Positions 1-8,856 of a stretch of 29,512 bases of DNA are shown here, piece by piece. The stretch lies in the NCBI GenBank assembly GCA_964388265.1, contig CAYLXZ010000008.1, positions 1 through 29,512 on the forward strand. Direction: 5' to 3'. The notes beneath the pieces are model-generated. The model was not told the DNA's origin and did not search any database. It saw nothing but the letters and a program-made list of their open reading frames with translations. A program made the translations under genes and the position numbers. Origin of the DNA: Candidatus Micrarchaeota archaeon (GTDB lineage: Archaea; B1Sed10-29). The number at the start of each line of letters is the position of its first letter. Position 1 is the stretch's first letter.

Positions 1-400
1 CACCACCATTATCACCATCACAACCAGCACCAGGACCACCACCAGAACCAAAACCCTTTGAATCTGCGTTTATCGTTCCCGTAGATGTGAGGTTTAGGTT
101 GCCCTGAGTAGTTATATTAAAGTTTCCGTTTAAGGTTCCTTTTATGGTGATATTTCCGTCTATTTCAAGAGTAGCTGTGGTGTCATTACCGGCACCAGTG
201 ACTAATTCACCTGTAGAGTTTACTAATAAGTTCCCCGTACCAGTGATATTGTCGTAGGTAACATCGTGAGAAGAATTAACAACACAAGTAGTTGATAGAT
301 CTCCAGAATCACAGATAGAGGAGAACCCAACCCCAATAAAAACTAAAAAGACTGAAGAAACTAATATAAACCTTCTAAAGCTCGGTGTAGGTAATTTCAT
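1..400 (-). CDS. Secreted Gly-rich surface protein, 3'-partial (runs off window start)
   Basis: Own translation, not in ORF track: ATG at 400, MKLPTPSFRRFILVSSVFLVFIGVGFSSICDSGDLSTTCVV... (signal-peptide-like), several N-x-T/S sequons, then ...TINADSKGFGSGGGPGAG; no stop before position 1. Confidence 0.8.
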   Translation of the reverse strand, partial: MKLPTPSFRRFILVSSVFLVFIGVGFSSICDSGDLSTTCVVNSSHDVTYDNITGTGNLLVNSTGELVTGAGNDTTATLEIDGNITIKGTLNGNFNITTQGNLNLTSTGTINADSKGFGSGGGPGAGCDGDNGG

Positions 401-465
401 CTGTTATCCTATCCTCATAGACAACCCTCTAAAAAACCCAATTGATCCCCATAGAGAGAGGGTAG

Positions 466-486
466 GGGGGCAGATAACCTGCCCCC
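466..486. promoter_or_regulatory. Perfect 8-bp GC-rich inverted repeat in divergent intergenic region
   Basis: GGGGGCAG-ATAAC-CTGCCCCC. Confidence 0.55.
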
Positions 487-586
487 AAATTGTAGGGTAT
501 ATACTGGTGGGTGTTCGGTTGGTGGTAGCTTATTATAAGAAAAAAACCTATAAAAAGGTGATGGAAAAACTACCCCAGGTTTAAGA

Positions 587-1768
587 ATGGAGAATGAAAA
601 CCCCCCTGAACCACTGGATCAAAGAGAAGTCAGGAGAAAGATAGAGAAGAAACTAGACCTAGAAAAAGGAAAGATAGAACAATACCTTGACTCAGGGTCA
701 GTTCAGTTCATAGAGGACTACCCACCTTACCTAAGATTCAGAAGACCTCTAGCAGGAGTTGAGAAAGGAACAAACGTGTTCTTCAAGGAATCGGACAGAG
801 AAATACAGATAGAGGTAGTTCGTGGCTATCCAAAGACCCCTCGGCTCCTAGTGATAGAGAGCGGGATGAAGAAGAACTTTGATTCAGAAGTATACGTGGA
901 AGAGAAGCTAAACGGATACAACGTGAGATTAGCTAAAGTTTTCAATGAAATCAAAGCCCTTACACGCGGAGGACTCGACTGCCCGTACACGAATGAAAAG
1001 ATAGATAAAGAGAGATACGAAGAGTTCTTCTCCGAAAACCCGGATCTAATGCTCTGTGGAGAAGTAATCGGGCAGAACAACCCGTACGTGGAGAAGAAGT
1101 ACCCTGAAGAGAAAGATTTCGGTTACTTCGTGTTCGATATACGTGACAAAGACACATGCGTTCCTCTAGGAATTCCTGAGAAGAAGAAGATGCTGGATGA
1201 ACACAGTATAAATCGAGTGAAGGAGATAGGTGTATTCGAACCTAGCGAAGGGAAAAAAGTACTGGAGAAAGTGCGTGAAATGGGCCGAGAGGAAAGAGAA
1301 GGAGTGGTCCTAAAGTCAAGAGACATGAGCAAACAGATGAAATACACGGCGAACGCTTCAACAAATAAAGATCTGGAGTATGCATTCAGGTTCTGGAGCG
1401 ACTACGGTCGAGACTTCATGTTCAGAAGAATAGTCAGAGAAGCATTCCAAGCGTACGAGAAAGACCTAGAGGGAGAAGAACTTGAAGAAGAAGCTAAAAA
1501 ACTAGGAGAAAGTATTTTAAAGTCATTCGTAGATACAATAGAGAGAATAGATCAAGGAAAAGAGGTCACTGAGGACCTAGAGCTAAAAGTACCTACTGAG
1601 GAGTTCGGAGAAGCCTACGTAGACTACCTACGTCACATAGGGATAAAAGCAGAGATAAAAGAGATGGAAGAGACCAAAAAAGGAGTAGAGATAAAGCTCT
1701 CCAGGAAGTACCAGTCCACGAACGACAAAACCAAGAACTACCTCGAAGGCGGAAAGGCTCAAGAGTGA
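587..1768 (+). CDS. ATP-dependent RNA ligase, Pab1020/Rnl3 family
   Basis: Nucleotidyltransferase motif I EEKLNGYNVR, TRGG..CPYT, LCGEVIG, FVFDI, REGVVLK, KYT; length typical of archaeal Rnl3. Confidence 0.92.
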   Translation: MENENPPEPLDQREVRRKIEKKLDLEKGKIEQYLDSGSVQFIEDYPPYLRFRRPLAGVEKGTNVFFKESDREIQIEVVRGYPKTPRLLVIESGMKKNFDSEVYVEEKLNGYNVRLAKVFNEIKALTRGGLDCPYTNEKIDKERYEEFFSENPDLMLCGEVIGQNNPYVEKKYPEEKDFGYFVFDIRDKDTCVPLGIPEKKKMLDEHSINRVKEIGVFEPSEGKKVLEKVREMGREEREGVVLKSRDMSKQMKYTANASTNKDLEYAFRFWSDYGRDFMFRRIVREAFQAYEKDLEGEELEEEAKKLGESILKSFVDTIERIDQGKEVTEDLELKVPTEEFGEAYVDYLRHIGIKAEIKEMEETKKGVEIKLSRKYQSTNDKTKNYLEGGKAQE

Positions 1769-1770
1769 GA

Positions 1771-1847
1771 TTTAGGCACTACATCGTCTGTTTCAAGAGG
1801 ATGTAGGAACTACATCTTTCTTTTCCAAAGGATGCAGGAACTACATC
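1771..1847. repeat. Three 31-bp-periodic copies of the AGG(C/A)ACTACATC motif
   Basis: CTACATC at 1779, 1810 and 1841; middle copy is palindromic (GATGTAG-GAA-CTACATC); closely similar block at 22100-22144. Confidence 0.85.
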
Positions 1848-1896
1848 TGGGTAGATGGAGTAGAAATAAAAAAGACAGATTCCTTCAATAACCAAT

Positions 1897-2832
1897 ATGG
1901 ATGAAATGAAGAAGACCGCGGAAACAGCACTAAAAAAATGCCTGAAACTAAAAGAAAACGAGGACTTCATAGTAATAACAGATAAAAAAACCCAGGAAAT
2001 AGGAGAAGCATTCTACAGAGCAGGAGAAGAAAAAACAGAAGAAACCTACCTGCTAAAAGTACCGGAACAAGAACTAGGAGAAACAGAACCACCTGAACTA
2101 GCTGGTAGAATAATGGAAGAAACACCAGCAGACGTAATAGTGATTCCAACTCAGAGCTCATACTCCCACACGGAAGCAAGAGAAAAAGCCAATAAGAAAG
2201 GAACTAGAATAGCCACTCTACCAGGGATAACTGAAGAGATATTCAAAAGAACCATAGACATAGACTACAAGAAACTCAGAAAAGAAGGAAAAAAACTCAA
2301 GAAGAAACTGGAAAAAGCATCCAAAGCCAGGATAAAAACCAGCTCAGGCACAAACCTAAACCTAAAACTATCTAACAAAGTAATTCCGGATCTCGGGCAG
2401 ATAAACGAACCTGGAACGTACGGGAACCTACCCACCGGCGAAGTATTCACAGCTCCAGACAAAAAAGAAGTGAACGGAAAGATAGTCATAGATTCAATGC
2501 AAGACATAGCAAAACCAAAAACCAAGGTACTAGTACAGAACGGAGAAGCACAAGACGTAGAAGGAGACAAAGAATTCAAAGAAAAACTATGGAGACATGA
2601 AAACGGTAGAAACATAGCGGAGTTCGGAATAGGTTTAAATCCCAACGCAACCCTCACCGGAAACATCCTAGAGGACGAAAAAGTAAAAGGGACCTGCCAC
2701 ATAGCCTTTGGGAAAAACAAAGACTTCGGAGGAAAAGTAGACTCCAAGATACACTGGGACGCCATACTAATACAGCCAGATATCTGGCTGGATGAAGAAA
2801 AACTAATGGAAGAAGGAGAGCTAATTCTCTAA
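1897..2832 (+). CDS. Aminopeptidase, M29 (AmpS/aminopeptidase T) family
   Basis: Motifs SHT.AR, GNLPTGEVFTAP, NIAEFGIGLNP, LEDEK..GTCHIAFG, IHWD. Confidence 0.9.
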   Translation: MDEMKKTAETALKKCLKLKENEDFIVITDKKTQEIGEAFYRAGEEKTEETYLLKVPEQELGETEPPELAGRIMEETPADVIVIPTQSSYSHTEAREKANKKGTRIATLPGITEEIFKRTIDIDYKKLRKEGKKLKKKLEKASKARIKTSSGTNLNLKLSNKVIPDLGQINEPGTYGNLPTGEVFTAPDKKEVNGKIVIDSMQDIAKPKTKVLVQNGEAQDVEGDKEFKEKLWRHENGRNIAEFGIGLNPNATLTGNILEDEKVKGTCHIAFGKNKDFGGKVDSKIHWDAILIQPDIWLDEEKLMEEGELIL

Positions 2833-2844
2833 GGAGCTAGGAAA

Positions 2845-3393
2845 ATGAATCCTCTAGACAAAACAGTGCTCTCACTAATGAAAAGCATCCAGAACCCCTT
2901 ACTCACAGACATAATGCTAGTAATCACCCACATAGCATCCTACTCCATTCTATTTCTTATATTCCTACTTATACTGTTCAAAAGAGAAAAGAAACTAGCT
3001 GCCAACATATTCATAGGTATACTCATAGAAACACTAATCACAGTAGGGATCAAGTTCCTAGTTGGAAGACCAAGACCCAATGGAATAATAAAAGAAGTCG
3101 CACCTTCCTTCCCATCCGGACACACAAGCAGAGTAACATTCCTATCTCTTTTATTTCACAACAAATGGGGAAAAAAGATACTATGGGGAACCTTCACAGG
3201 CCTAGTAGTATTTTCAAGACTCTACCTACGTGTCCACTACGCAACCGACATCATAGGAGGACTAATAGTAGGATACATAACCTACTGGCTAATAACCAAG
3301 TACAACCTAGGATTAAAAATCACGAAGGGACTGAAAAAGAAGATACATAACACTCCCTATTTATTTAAATCACATCTACCTATTGGTAAGTAG
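2845..3393 (+). CDS. PAP2-family membrane phosphatase
   Basis: K...GRPRP, PSFPSGH and SRLYLRVHYATD motifs; several hydrophobic helices. Confidence 0.9.
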   Translation: MNPLDKTVLSLMKSIQNPLLTDIMLVITHIASYSILFLIFLLILFKREKKLAANIFIGILIETLITVGIKFLVGRPRPNGIIKEVAPSFPSGHTSRVTFLSLLFHNKWGKKILWGTFTGLVVFSRLYLRVHYATDIIGGLIVGYITYWLITKYNLGLKITKGLKKKIHNTPYLFKSHLPIGK

Positions 3394-3402
3394 GAGATAA
3401 AA

Positions 3403-3870
3403 ATGGATGAAGTAAAAGGAGTTTTACTTGGAAAAAGAACACTAGGATTGCTTTCAATCACCATAATCTCACTTATAATGGGAGGAGCCCTGATGATAGC
3501 CTACAAAGATCCTTCGTTACTTGTTTTTCCAAATTCAGTATCCTTGATTCTGATGGTTTCCACGGTCTTCACCCTAGGATTTCTTTTCTTCGGTTACCTA
3601 ACACCCCTCCCTATGTTCTTCGTGGGTACACACATAGGTAAACTCCTGACTCAAGAAGGAAGAATGATAACCAACCTAGGAGCCATCCCTACAGAAGCGT
3701 TAATTCTATTTCCATCATCCATACTAGTAGCTTACTCAAGCATAATCTTAGGTGACTCTCTTTTAAAAGATATGGCAGGTAGAGGTAACTTCCTTGAAGT
3801 ACTAGAGATATCTCTAACTCTCCTGGTTATCGGGATAGCCATTGCTGCTTCAGGCACATTTTTACTCTGA
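3403..3870 (+). CDS. Hypothetical multi-pass membrane protein
   Basis: About four hydrophobic segments; AGGAG RBS; directly follows the PAP2 gene. Confidence 0.75.
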   Translation: MDEVKGVLLGKRTLGLLSITIISLIMGGALMIAYKDPSLLVFPNSVSLILMVSTVFTLGFLFFGYLTPLPMFFVGTHIGKLLTQEGRMITNLGAIPTEALILFPSSILVAYSSIILGDSLLKDMAGRGNFLEVLEISLTLLVIGIAIAASGTFLL

Positions 3871-3984
3871 TTTAAAGGCAACTTAAGGAAAGAAGGTTTA
3901 AAATATACCAGGGTTTTATATACCAGGTGATCCCCATATTATATCCGACAGACCCTTTTTCCAAACGCGTCACCGTTGTTTCAG

Positions 3985-4016
3985 GGAGGCGGAGGCGGCA
4001 CCGTCTCCTCTTTTTC
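3985..4016 (+). terminator. GC-rich hairpin plus T tract (terminator or 3' end of a small RNA)
   Basis: GGAGGCGG-N8-CCGTCTCC followed by TCTTTTTC, between convergent genes. Confidence 0.4.
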
Positions 4017-4124
4017 TACTCCTAAAAACCATCAAAACTAGCTAAATCAAAATAAGAGAGATTTAAAGAAAGAAAAAAGAAATAGAGATCTTTTCTTCCA
4101 AAAATAAAGAAAGGAAGAAAGGAT

Positions 4125-4265
4125 CTAAACGAATTTATTCACTGTAGTTCCGCAGTTAGGGCATTCACCCTTAATCATGTCTCTATCATTCTTAGTCTTT
4201 GTTTCTTTAGGGTTCTTTACATCTACCTTTTCTCTACATTTAACACAGTAAGCTTTTTCAGCCAT
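4125..4265 (-). CDS. 46-aa Zn-ribbon protein (DUF5679-like)
   Basis: Own translation: MAEKAYCVKCREKVDVKNPKETKTKNDRDMIKGECPNCGTTVNKFV*; strong GGAGGTGG RBS; AYCxKC...GxCPxCG pattern. Confidence 0.85.
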   Translation of the reverse strand: MAEKAYCVKCREKVDVKNPKETKTKNDRDMIKGECPNCGTTVNKFV

Positions 4266-4446
4266 CTATAATCCACCTCCAATTCCTTTAGGAACAGGGA
4301 CTTAAAAACCTTTACCCTTATCACCCCTAAAAACACGACTTATCAACCACCCTCTTCAAGTTGACCTGGATAAACCTTAAATTACGTGAATTCGTTAAGA
4401 AACCAGGAGAATTCAATCTCCTAAAAACGAGCTAGAGGTATTTAAA

Positions 4447-6048
4447 TTGACCAAATACATCTTCGTAACAGGCGGAGTGATGTCAGGTCTTGGAAAAGGT
4501 ATAACCGCCAGCAGCATAGCTAGATTAATACAAGACAAAGGATACAGTGTATCCTGCCTTAAGATAGATCCCTACGTGAACATCGATGCCGGGACAATGC
4601 GCCCAACAGAACACGGAGAAGTCTTCGTGACCGAAGACGGAGGAGAAATAGATCAAGATCTCGGTAACTACGAAAGATTTCTCAACAAGAACCTATCAAA
4701 GGAAAACAACCTGACAACAGGGAAAGTGTACCGTAGATTAATACGAAAAGAAAGAAAAGGAGAGTTCCTGGGAAAAACAGTACAGATAATACCACATCTA
4801 ATCAACGAAATAATCAACCACACCCAAAAAGTAGGTGAAGACAACGACTTCATAGTAATAGAGATAGGAGGAACAGTCGGAGACTACGAAAACATCCCAT
4901 TCCTCGAAGCAGGAAGACAAATGAGATTAAAAAAAGGATCAGAAGAAGTAGTGTTCGTACATGTTACATATCTACCTATCCTAAAAGCCATTGGAGAACA
5001 GAAAACCAAGCCAACACAACACAGCGTTAAAATGCTGAGAGAAGAAGGAATAGAACCAGACTTCATCATAGGAAGAAGCGAAGAACCACTGGACGATATA
5101 AGGAAAGACAAAATAAAACTCTTCTGTAAAGTAGATAAAGAAAACATATTCTCAGCTCCAAACGTAGACAACGTATACGAAGTACCAATACTCCTGGAAA
5201 AACAGAAGGTAGCGGACAAGATACTCAGCCAAACAAACCTAGATTCAAAGATAAATAACTTCCACACATGGAAAAAAACCGTTCAAAAGATGAAGAACAA
5301 TGGAGAGAAAGTTAAGATAGGTATGATAGGGAAATACGTTTCATCAGGAGACTTCAGCTTAAGAGACTCCTATATCTCCATAAACGAATCAATCAAACAC
5401 GCCGCAGGCGAAGTAGGAGTGGACTACGATATAGAATGGATAGACTCAACGGACGAAGAGAAAGCTAAGAAAGAAATAGAGAGAATGGACGCCGTGATCA
5501 TTCCAGGTGGATTCGGAACCTCAGGAATAGAGGGAAAAGTAAAAGCCATAGAGAAATGTAGAAAAGATAAAGTGCCGTTCCTTGGACTCTGCCTAGGGCT
5601 GCAACTAGCCATAGTAGAGCACGCTAGAAACCAAGTGGGGTTAGAGGAAGCTCACTCCACAGAGATAGATGAAGATACTCCACATCCTGTAATCGATCTA
5701 CTACCCGAACAACAAGATGTTGAAAAGAAGGGAGGCACAATGAGGCTAGGAGCCTACCCAGCTGTACTCAAATCCGGGACAAAGACAAGAAAACTATACG
5801 GAGAAGAAGAAATAAATGAAAGACACAGGCACAGATACGAAGTGAACCCAGAATACCACGAAGAACTCGAAAAAGAAGGACTCGTATTCTCAGGTAAATC
5901 CCCGAACGGAAAACTCGTGGAATTCATAGAAAGAAGAAAACACCCCTACTTCATAGGAACTCAAGCCCACCCTGAATTCAAATCAAGGCCAGAAGACCCA
6001 CACCCACTTTTCGTGGGGTTAATGCAAGCAAGTAAAAAACAAGGATAA
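4447..6048 (+). CDS. pyrG: CTP synthase
   Basis: TKYIFVTGGVMSGLGKG, KTKPTQHSV, PGGFG, GLCLG, ERHRHRYE, QAHPEFKS; TTG start with GAGGT RBS. Confidence 0.98.
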   Translation: MTKYIFVTGGVMSGLGKGITASSIARLIQDKGYSVSCLKIDPYVNIDAGTMRPTEHGEVFVTEDGGEIDQDLGNYERFLNKNLSKENNLTTGKVYRRLIRKERKGEFLGKTVQIIPHLINEIINHTQKVGEDNDFIVIEIGGTVGDYENIPFLEAGRQMRLKKGSEEVVFVHVTYLPILKAIGEQKTKPTQHSVKMLREEGIEPDFIIGRSEEPLDDIRKDKIKLFCKVDKENIFSAPNVDNVYEVPILLEKQKVADKILSQTNLDSKINNFHTWKKTVQKMKNNGEKVKIGMIGKYVSSGDFSLRDSYISINESIKHAAGEVGVDYDIEWIDSTDEEKAKKEIERMDAVIIPGGFGTSGIEGKVKAIEKCRKDKVPFLGLCLGLQLAIVEHARNQVGLEEAHSTEIDEDTPHPVIDLLPEQQDVEKKGGTMRLGAYPAVLKSGTKTRKLYGEEEINERHRHRYEVNPEYHEELEKEGLVFSGKSPNGKLVEFIERRKHPYFIGTQAHPEFKSRPEDPHPLFVGLMQASKKQG

Positions 6049-6099
6049 ACCCTTTTGAAGAAGATAATTTTATAAATCTCCTCTTCCTTTCCTATTCCG

Positions 6100-6822
6100 G
6101 TGACGCAGATGCAGACTCTATTAAACATGTTCGATGAAGAAGAAAAAGAACTACTAAATACAACCAACCAAGATCTAGAAGCCCTGAAAAACATCCATGA
6201 AACAAGAAAAGGAAAGATAGATACTGAAAAATTCAAGTTCGAGATGAAAACCCTGTTCTCGTCACTAAAAGAAACCCAAACCAGGAAAATCCAGGTAAAG
6301 AAAGGTAAAAAACAGGAAAAAATCACTGACCTGGAGTTCAATCCAACCATCTCAAAGCCAGACATAATAGTAACGGACAAGGAAGCAAGATCATATTCAA
6401 TCTGGTATAAACCAATAATCTACGTCCCCTCAAAAAATTCAGCCAAGAAAATCCAACCTGACTTCATAGTGATAAAAGGAGAAAGAGAGTCAATCTACGA
6501 AGTAGATAAAGAACTCAAGAAATCCCTGTACACGTACGAGTTCCTCTCCGATTCTGTGTTAAAAGAAATATCCAGCGAACTTCTAGATAAGATGCATGAA
6601 ATACAGTTAGTTATCCACGTGAACAAAGAATATAAATACAAAGACCTAAAAGACATAAAAGACTCAAAGCACTATCTAGAGCCAAAAAACCTTCTCCTAG
6701 TATCGGAGAAAGAGCTTCCTGAAGAAGTGAAGATGAACATGCCAGTAGGAGTCACACCAAAAGAAAAAGTCGGTATAAACCTTCGAAAGCTACAGGGTAA
6801 AACAGCCAAGCTACTGGAATGA
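6100..6822 (+). CDS. Hypothetical protein
   Basis: 240-aa ORF with genome-typical codon use; family not recognised; start may be ATG 6109. Confidence 0.65.
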   Translation: MTQMQTLLNMFDEEEKELLNTTNQDLEALKNIHETRKGKIDTEKFKFEMKTLFSSLKETQTRKIQVKKGKKQEKITDLEFNPTISKPDIIVTDKEARSYSIWYKPIIYVPSKNSAKKIQPDFIVIKGERESIYEVDKELKKSLYTYEFLSDSVLKEISSELLDKMHEIQLVIHVNKEYKYKDLKDIKDSKHYLEPKNLLLVSEKELPEEVKMNMPVGVTPKEKVGINLRKLQGKTAKLLE

Positions 6823-7497
6823 ATTCACTCTATCCTTTATCTCCTCGATAGGTAGAATGGTTTTTACCAATGGAACATCTTCAACTTTAGAAATCTTCAT
6901 AGCTATCTTATCAACGTCTTTAATGTTATGGAGAACGATTAAAGATGGTTTGAGCTCTGTTACCCTTACTGCGACCATTGGGCTTCTTCCCATAGATACA
7001 TTGGTAAATAAAAGCGCTCTTTCCGTTGTAGAACCATATATATTGATGAATTCATCGCAAGGGAGCTCTACAATCGCTCTTAATGAATCTATGAATGTGG
7101 TTCCGTATATTTTGGATTCTTCAAGTTTATCTTCCTTTGTCAGTATCTCTCCGTCCAGTATCTCGTCTACAAATTCTTTAGAATTCATAGGAGAAGGTAA
7201 ACTAGCCATTTCATAGGGTTTGTCGGCTTCTTCTCCATCTTTGAGTCTTTTTATAGTCCATCCGCCTTTTTCTTCATCTATCTCTATCAATGCCTCTATG
7301 AATCTCTGTATGACATTTATCCCTGGGCTCTTTCTTCTGTTGGACTCGTAGTCACTTATAGTGGAGGATGTTACATCTAGATGGTCTGCTAGCTCGGTTT
7401 GGGTTACATCGAAGATTTCTCTCCACTTTTTTAGGCTTGCACCAGGGTTTTGAGATAGTGTTATCTCACCGGCTATTTTTAAAGGTAGTTTCTCCAT
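6811..7497 (-). CDS. XRE/Cro-type HTH transcriptional regulator (COG1709-like)
   Basis: IAGEITLS.NPG..LKKWREIF..TQ.ELA..L....STISDYE..RRKSPG; C-terminal ERALLFTNVS.GRSPMVA. Confidence 0.88.
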   Translation of the reverse strand: MEKLPLKIAGEITLSQNPGASLKKWREIFDVTQTELADHLDVTSSTISDYESNRRKSPGINVIQRFIEALIEIDEEKGGWTIKRLKDGEEADKPYEMASLPSPMNSKEFVDEILDGEILTKEDKLEESKIYGTTFIDSLRAIVELPCDEFINIYGSTTERALLFTNVSMGRSPMVAVRVTELKPSLIVLHNIKDVDKIAMKISKVEDVPLVKTILPIEEIKDRVNSFQ

Positions 7498-7560
7498 GTT
7501 TTGTAAATAGACCTCAAGGTTTAAATAATTAACGAATGCGGGTTAGACAATCAGTGGATG

Positions 7561-7700
7561 TAGGGGAGAAAAAAGAGAAAAGAGGGGAGAAAGGAAAGGG
7601 GGAAGGGAAGGGGGAAAGGTAGGAGAGGAATTGTGGGAGGCTCACCCAGCCCCAAAAAACAGGATCTTATCGATCCTCTCCCTGGAAAAAGTGTGTAATA
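7561..7700 (-). ncRNA. Candidate structured small RNA
   Basis: Orphan BRE/TATA (GAAACCTTTAAAAA, minus strand about 7718-7731), two hairpins, then a ~70-nt pyrimidine-rich tract; no ORF. Confidence 0.35.
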
Positions 7701-7817
7701 AAATTCCTCACTTGAGGTTTTTAAAGGTTTCGGGTAATTGTGGAAAAAGTAATTTTTTCCAGTTTAATTATCTAAATGTATAATTGACTGGGGTTCCAGT
7801 GTATCTTTAAAAAGAGA

Positions 7818-8063
7818 TTATTCTGGGGGGAAGTTTATTACTACGTATTCTCCTATTGCTTTGATGTTTTCGAATGATACTATTAAGAATCCTCTGTCGT
7901 TTAGGTATTCTTCCACGCCTGTGAGTGCTCTGTGGGGTTGGATGATTACGCTTTCGACTCTACCGTCTTCTTCGAAGTAGGCATCTTCTACTTTCCCTAG
8001 TTCTTTTCCTTCTGTGGATATTGCTTTCTTTTTCCGTAGGTTTCTTCCTAGTACGTTCTTCAT
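7818..8063 (-). CDS. PRC-barrel domain protein
   Basis: L.KKKAISTEGKELGKVED.YFE..GRVESVII ... VSFENIKAIGEYVVI. Confidence 0.88.
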   Translation of the reverse strand: MKNVLGRNLRKKKAISTEGKELGKVEDAYFEEDGRVESVIIQPHRALTGVEEYLNDRGFLIVSFENIKAIGEYVVINFPPE

Positions 8064-8302
8064 TATTTTTCCTCCAGCACGATTATGTCTTTTATGGCTT
8101 TTACTCTGTCGAAAGGTATGAAGTTTTCTTTTATGAACTGCTTGGCTGCTGTTTTTTCTTTTCTAAGTATTGAGGAAGGTTCTCCTTTTACAAGATATTC
8201 TATTTCCCCCTTGTCTGGATCTATTAGTATATCTTTGGCTTCTCCTATGTAGTCCGTACCCGAGTAGATCTTTTTTCCTCTTACATCGCTTATTTTATTC
8301 AT
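8063..8302 (-). CDS. PRC-barrel domain protein
   Basis: ISDVRGKKIYS..DYIGEAKDILIDPDKGEI ... IPFDRVKAIKDIIVL; stop/start overlap with next PRC gene. Confidence 0.88.
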   Translation of the reverse strand: MNKISDVRGKKIYSGTDYIGEAKDILIDPDKGEIEYLVKGEPSSILRKEKTAAKQFIKENFIPFDRVKAIKDIIVLEEK

Positions 8303-8350
8303 ATACTCACCAGGTAATATAGGGAAAGGGGGAATTTAAAGGTTTCGGGA

Positions 8351-8674
8351 TTAAGCTGCCTGTTGGGATTGCGCGTCCTGGAGTTTGTTCTTCATGTTTT
8401 CTTCTTTTTCTTCGAGTTGCTCTTTCTTGGATTCTAGGTCCTCTTTTCTTTCTTCCAGGTCGTCTTCTACTTCTTCTCTGTCTTCTTCTACAAATACGTT
8501 CCCTGCTGACTTGTATACTTTTCCGTCTGATGCTTTTACTTCTTCTAGAGCTGTTTTTACTTCTTGTAGTTGTCTTTGTATTGTTTGCTTCTGTGTTTGT
8601 ATCGCTTGCATCTGTCTCTGTATGTTTTGCATTTGTTGAGATCTTTGTCTTTTTCTTTGAGATTCTTCAGCCAT
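8351..8674 (-). CDS. pfdB: Prefoldin subunit beta
   Basis: Coiled coil with central AL.E....GKVYKSAGNVFV hairpin; usual position after rpoP. Confidence 0.9.
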   Translation of the reverse strand: MAEESQRKRQRSQQMQNIQRQMQAIQTQKQTIQRQLQEVKTALEEVKASDGKVYKSAGNVFVEEDREEVEDDLEERKEDLESKKEQLEEKEENMKNKLQDAQSQQAA

Positions 8675-8711
8675 GTTTTAGCCTCCTTGATTTGTTTTAG
8701 TGTTATCTTTG

Positions 8712-8840
8712 TTAATCTGTGTCTATGGTTTTTACTACTCTTGATCTTTCTTTTGTTAGTGTTCTTCTTCCGCAGTACGGGCATTTGATTTCGTTTATAT
8801 CTTCTACTTCTTCTCCGCAGTAGAAACATTTCCAAGCCAT
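8712..8840 (-). CDS. rpoP: RNA polymerase subunit P (Rpo12)
   Basis: Own translation: MAWKCFYCGEEVEDINEIKCPYCGRRTLTKERSRVVKTIDTD*; GGTGA RBS; directly after rpl37ae. Confidence 0.92.
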   Translation of the reverse strand: MAWKCFYCGEEVEDINEIKCPYCGRRTLTKERSRVVKTIDTD

Positions 8841-8856
8841 TTTTTATCACCTTTCT

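Noticed and set aside
1771..1847. Mini CRISPR array
   Set aside because: Repeat about 18 nt and spacers only 13 nt and similar to one another; no cas genes in the window.
6100..6822. PD-(D/E)xK nuclease call from KPDIIV/QPDFIV
   Set aside because: No clear (D/E)xK motif; needs a profile search.
8557..8850. 97-aa minus-strand ORF
   Set aside because: Alternative frame over rpoP (8712-8840) and pfdB.
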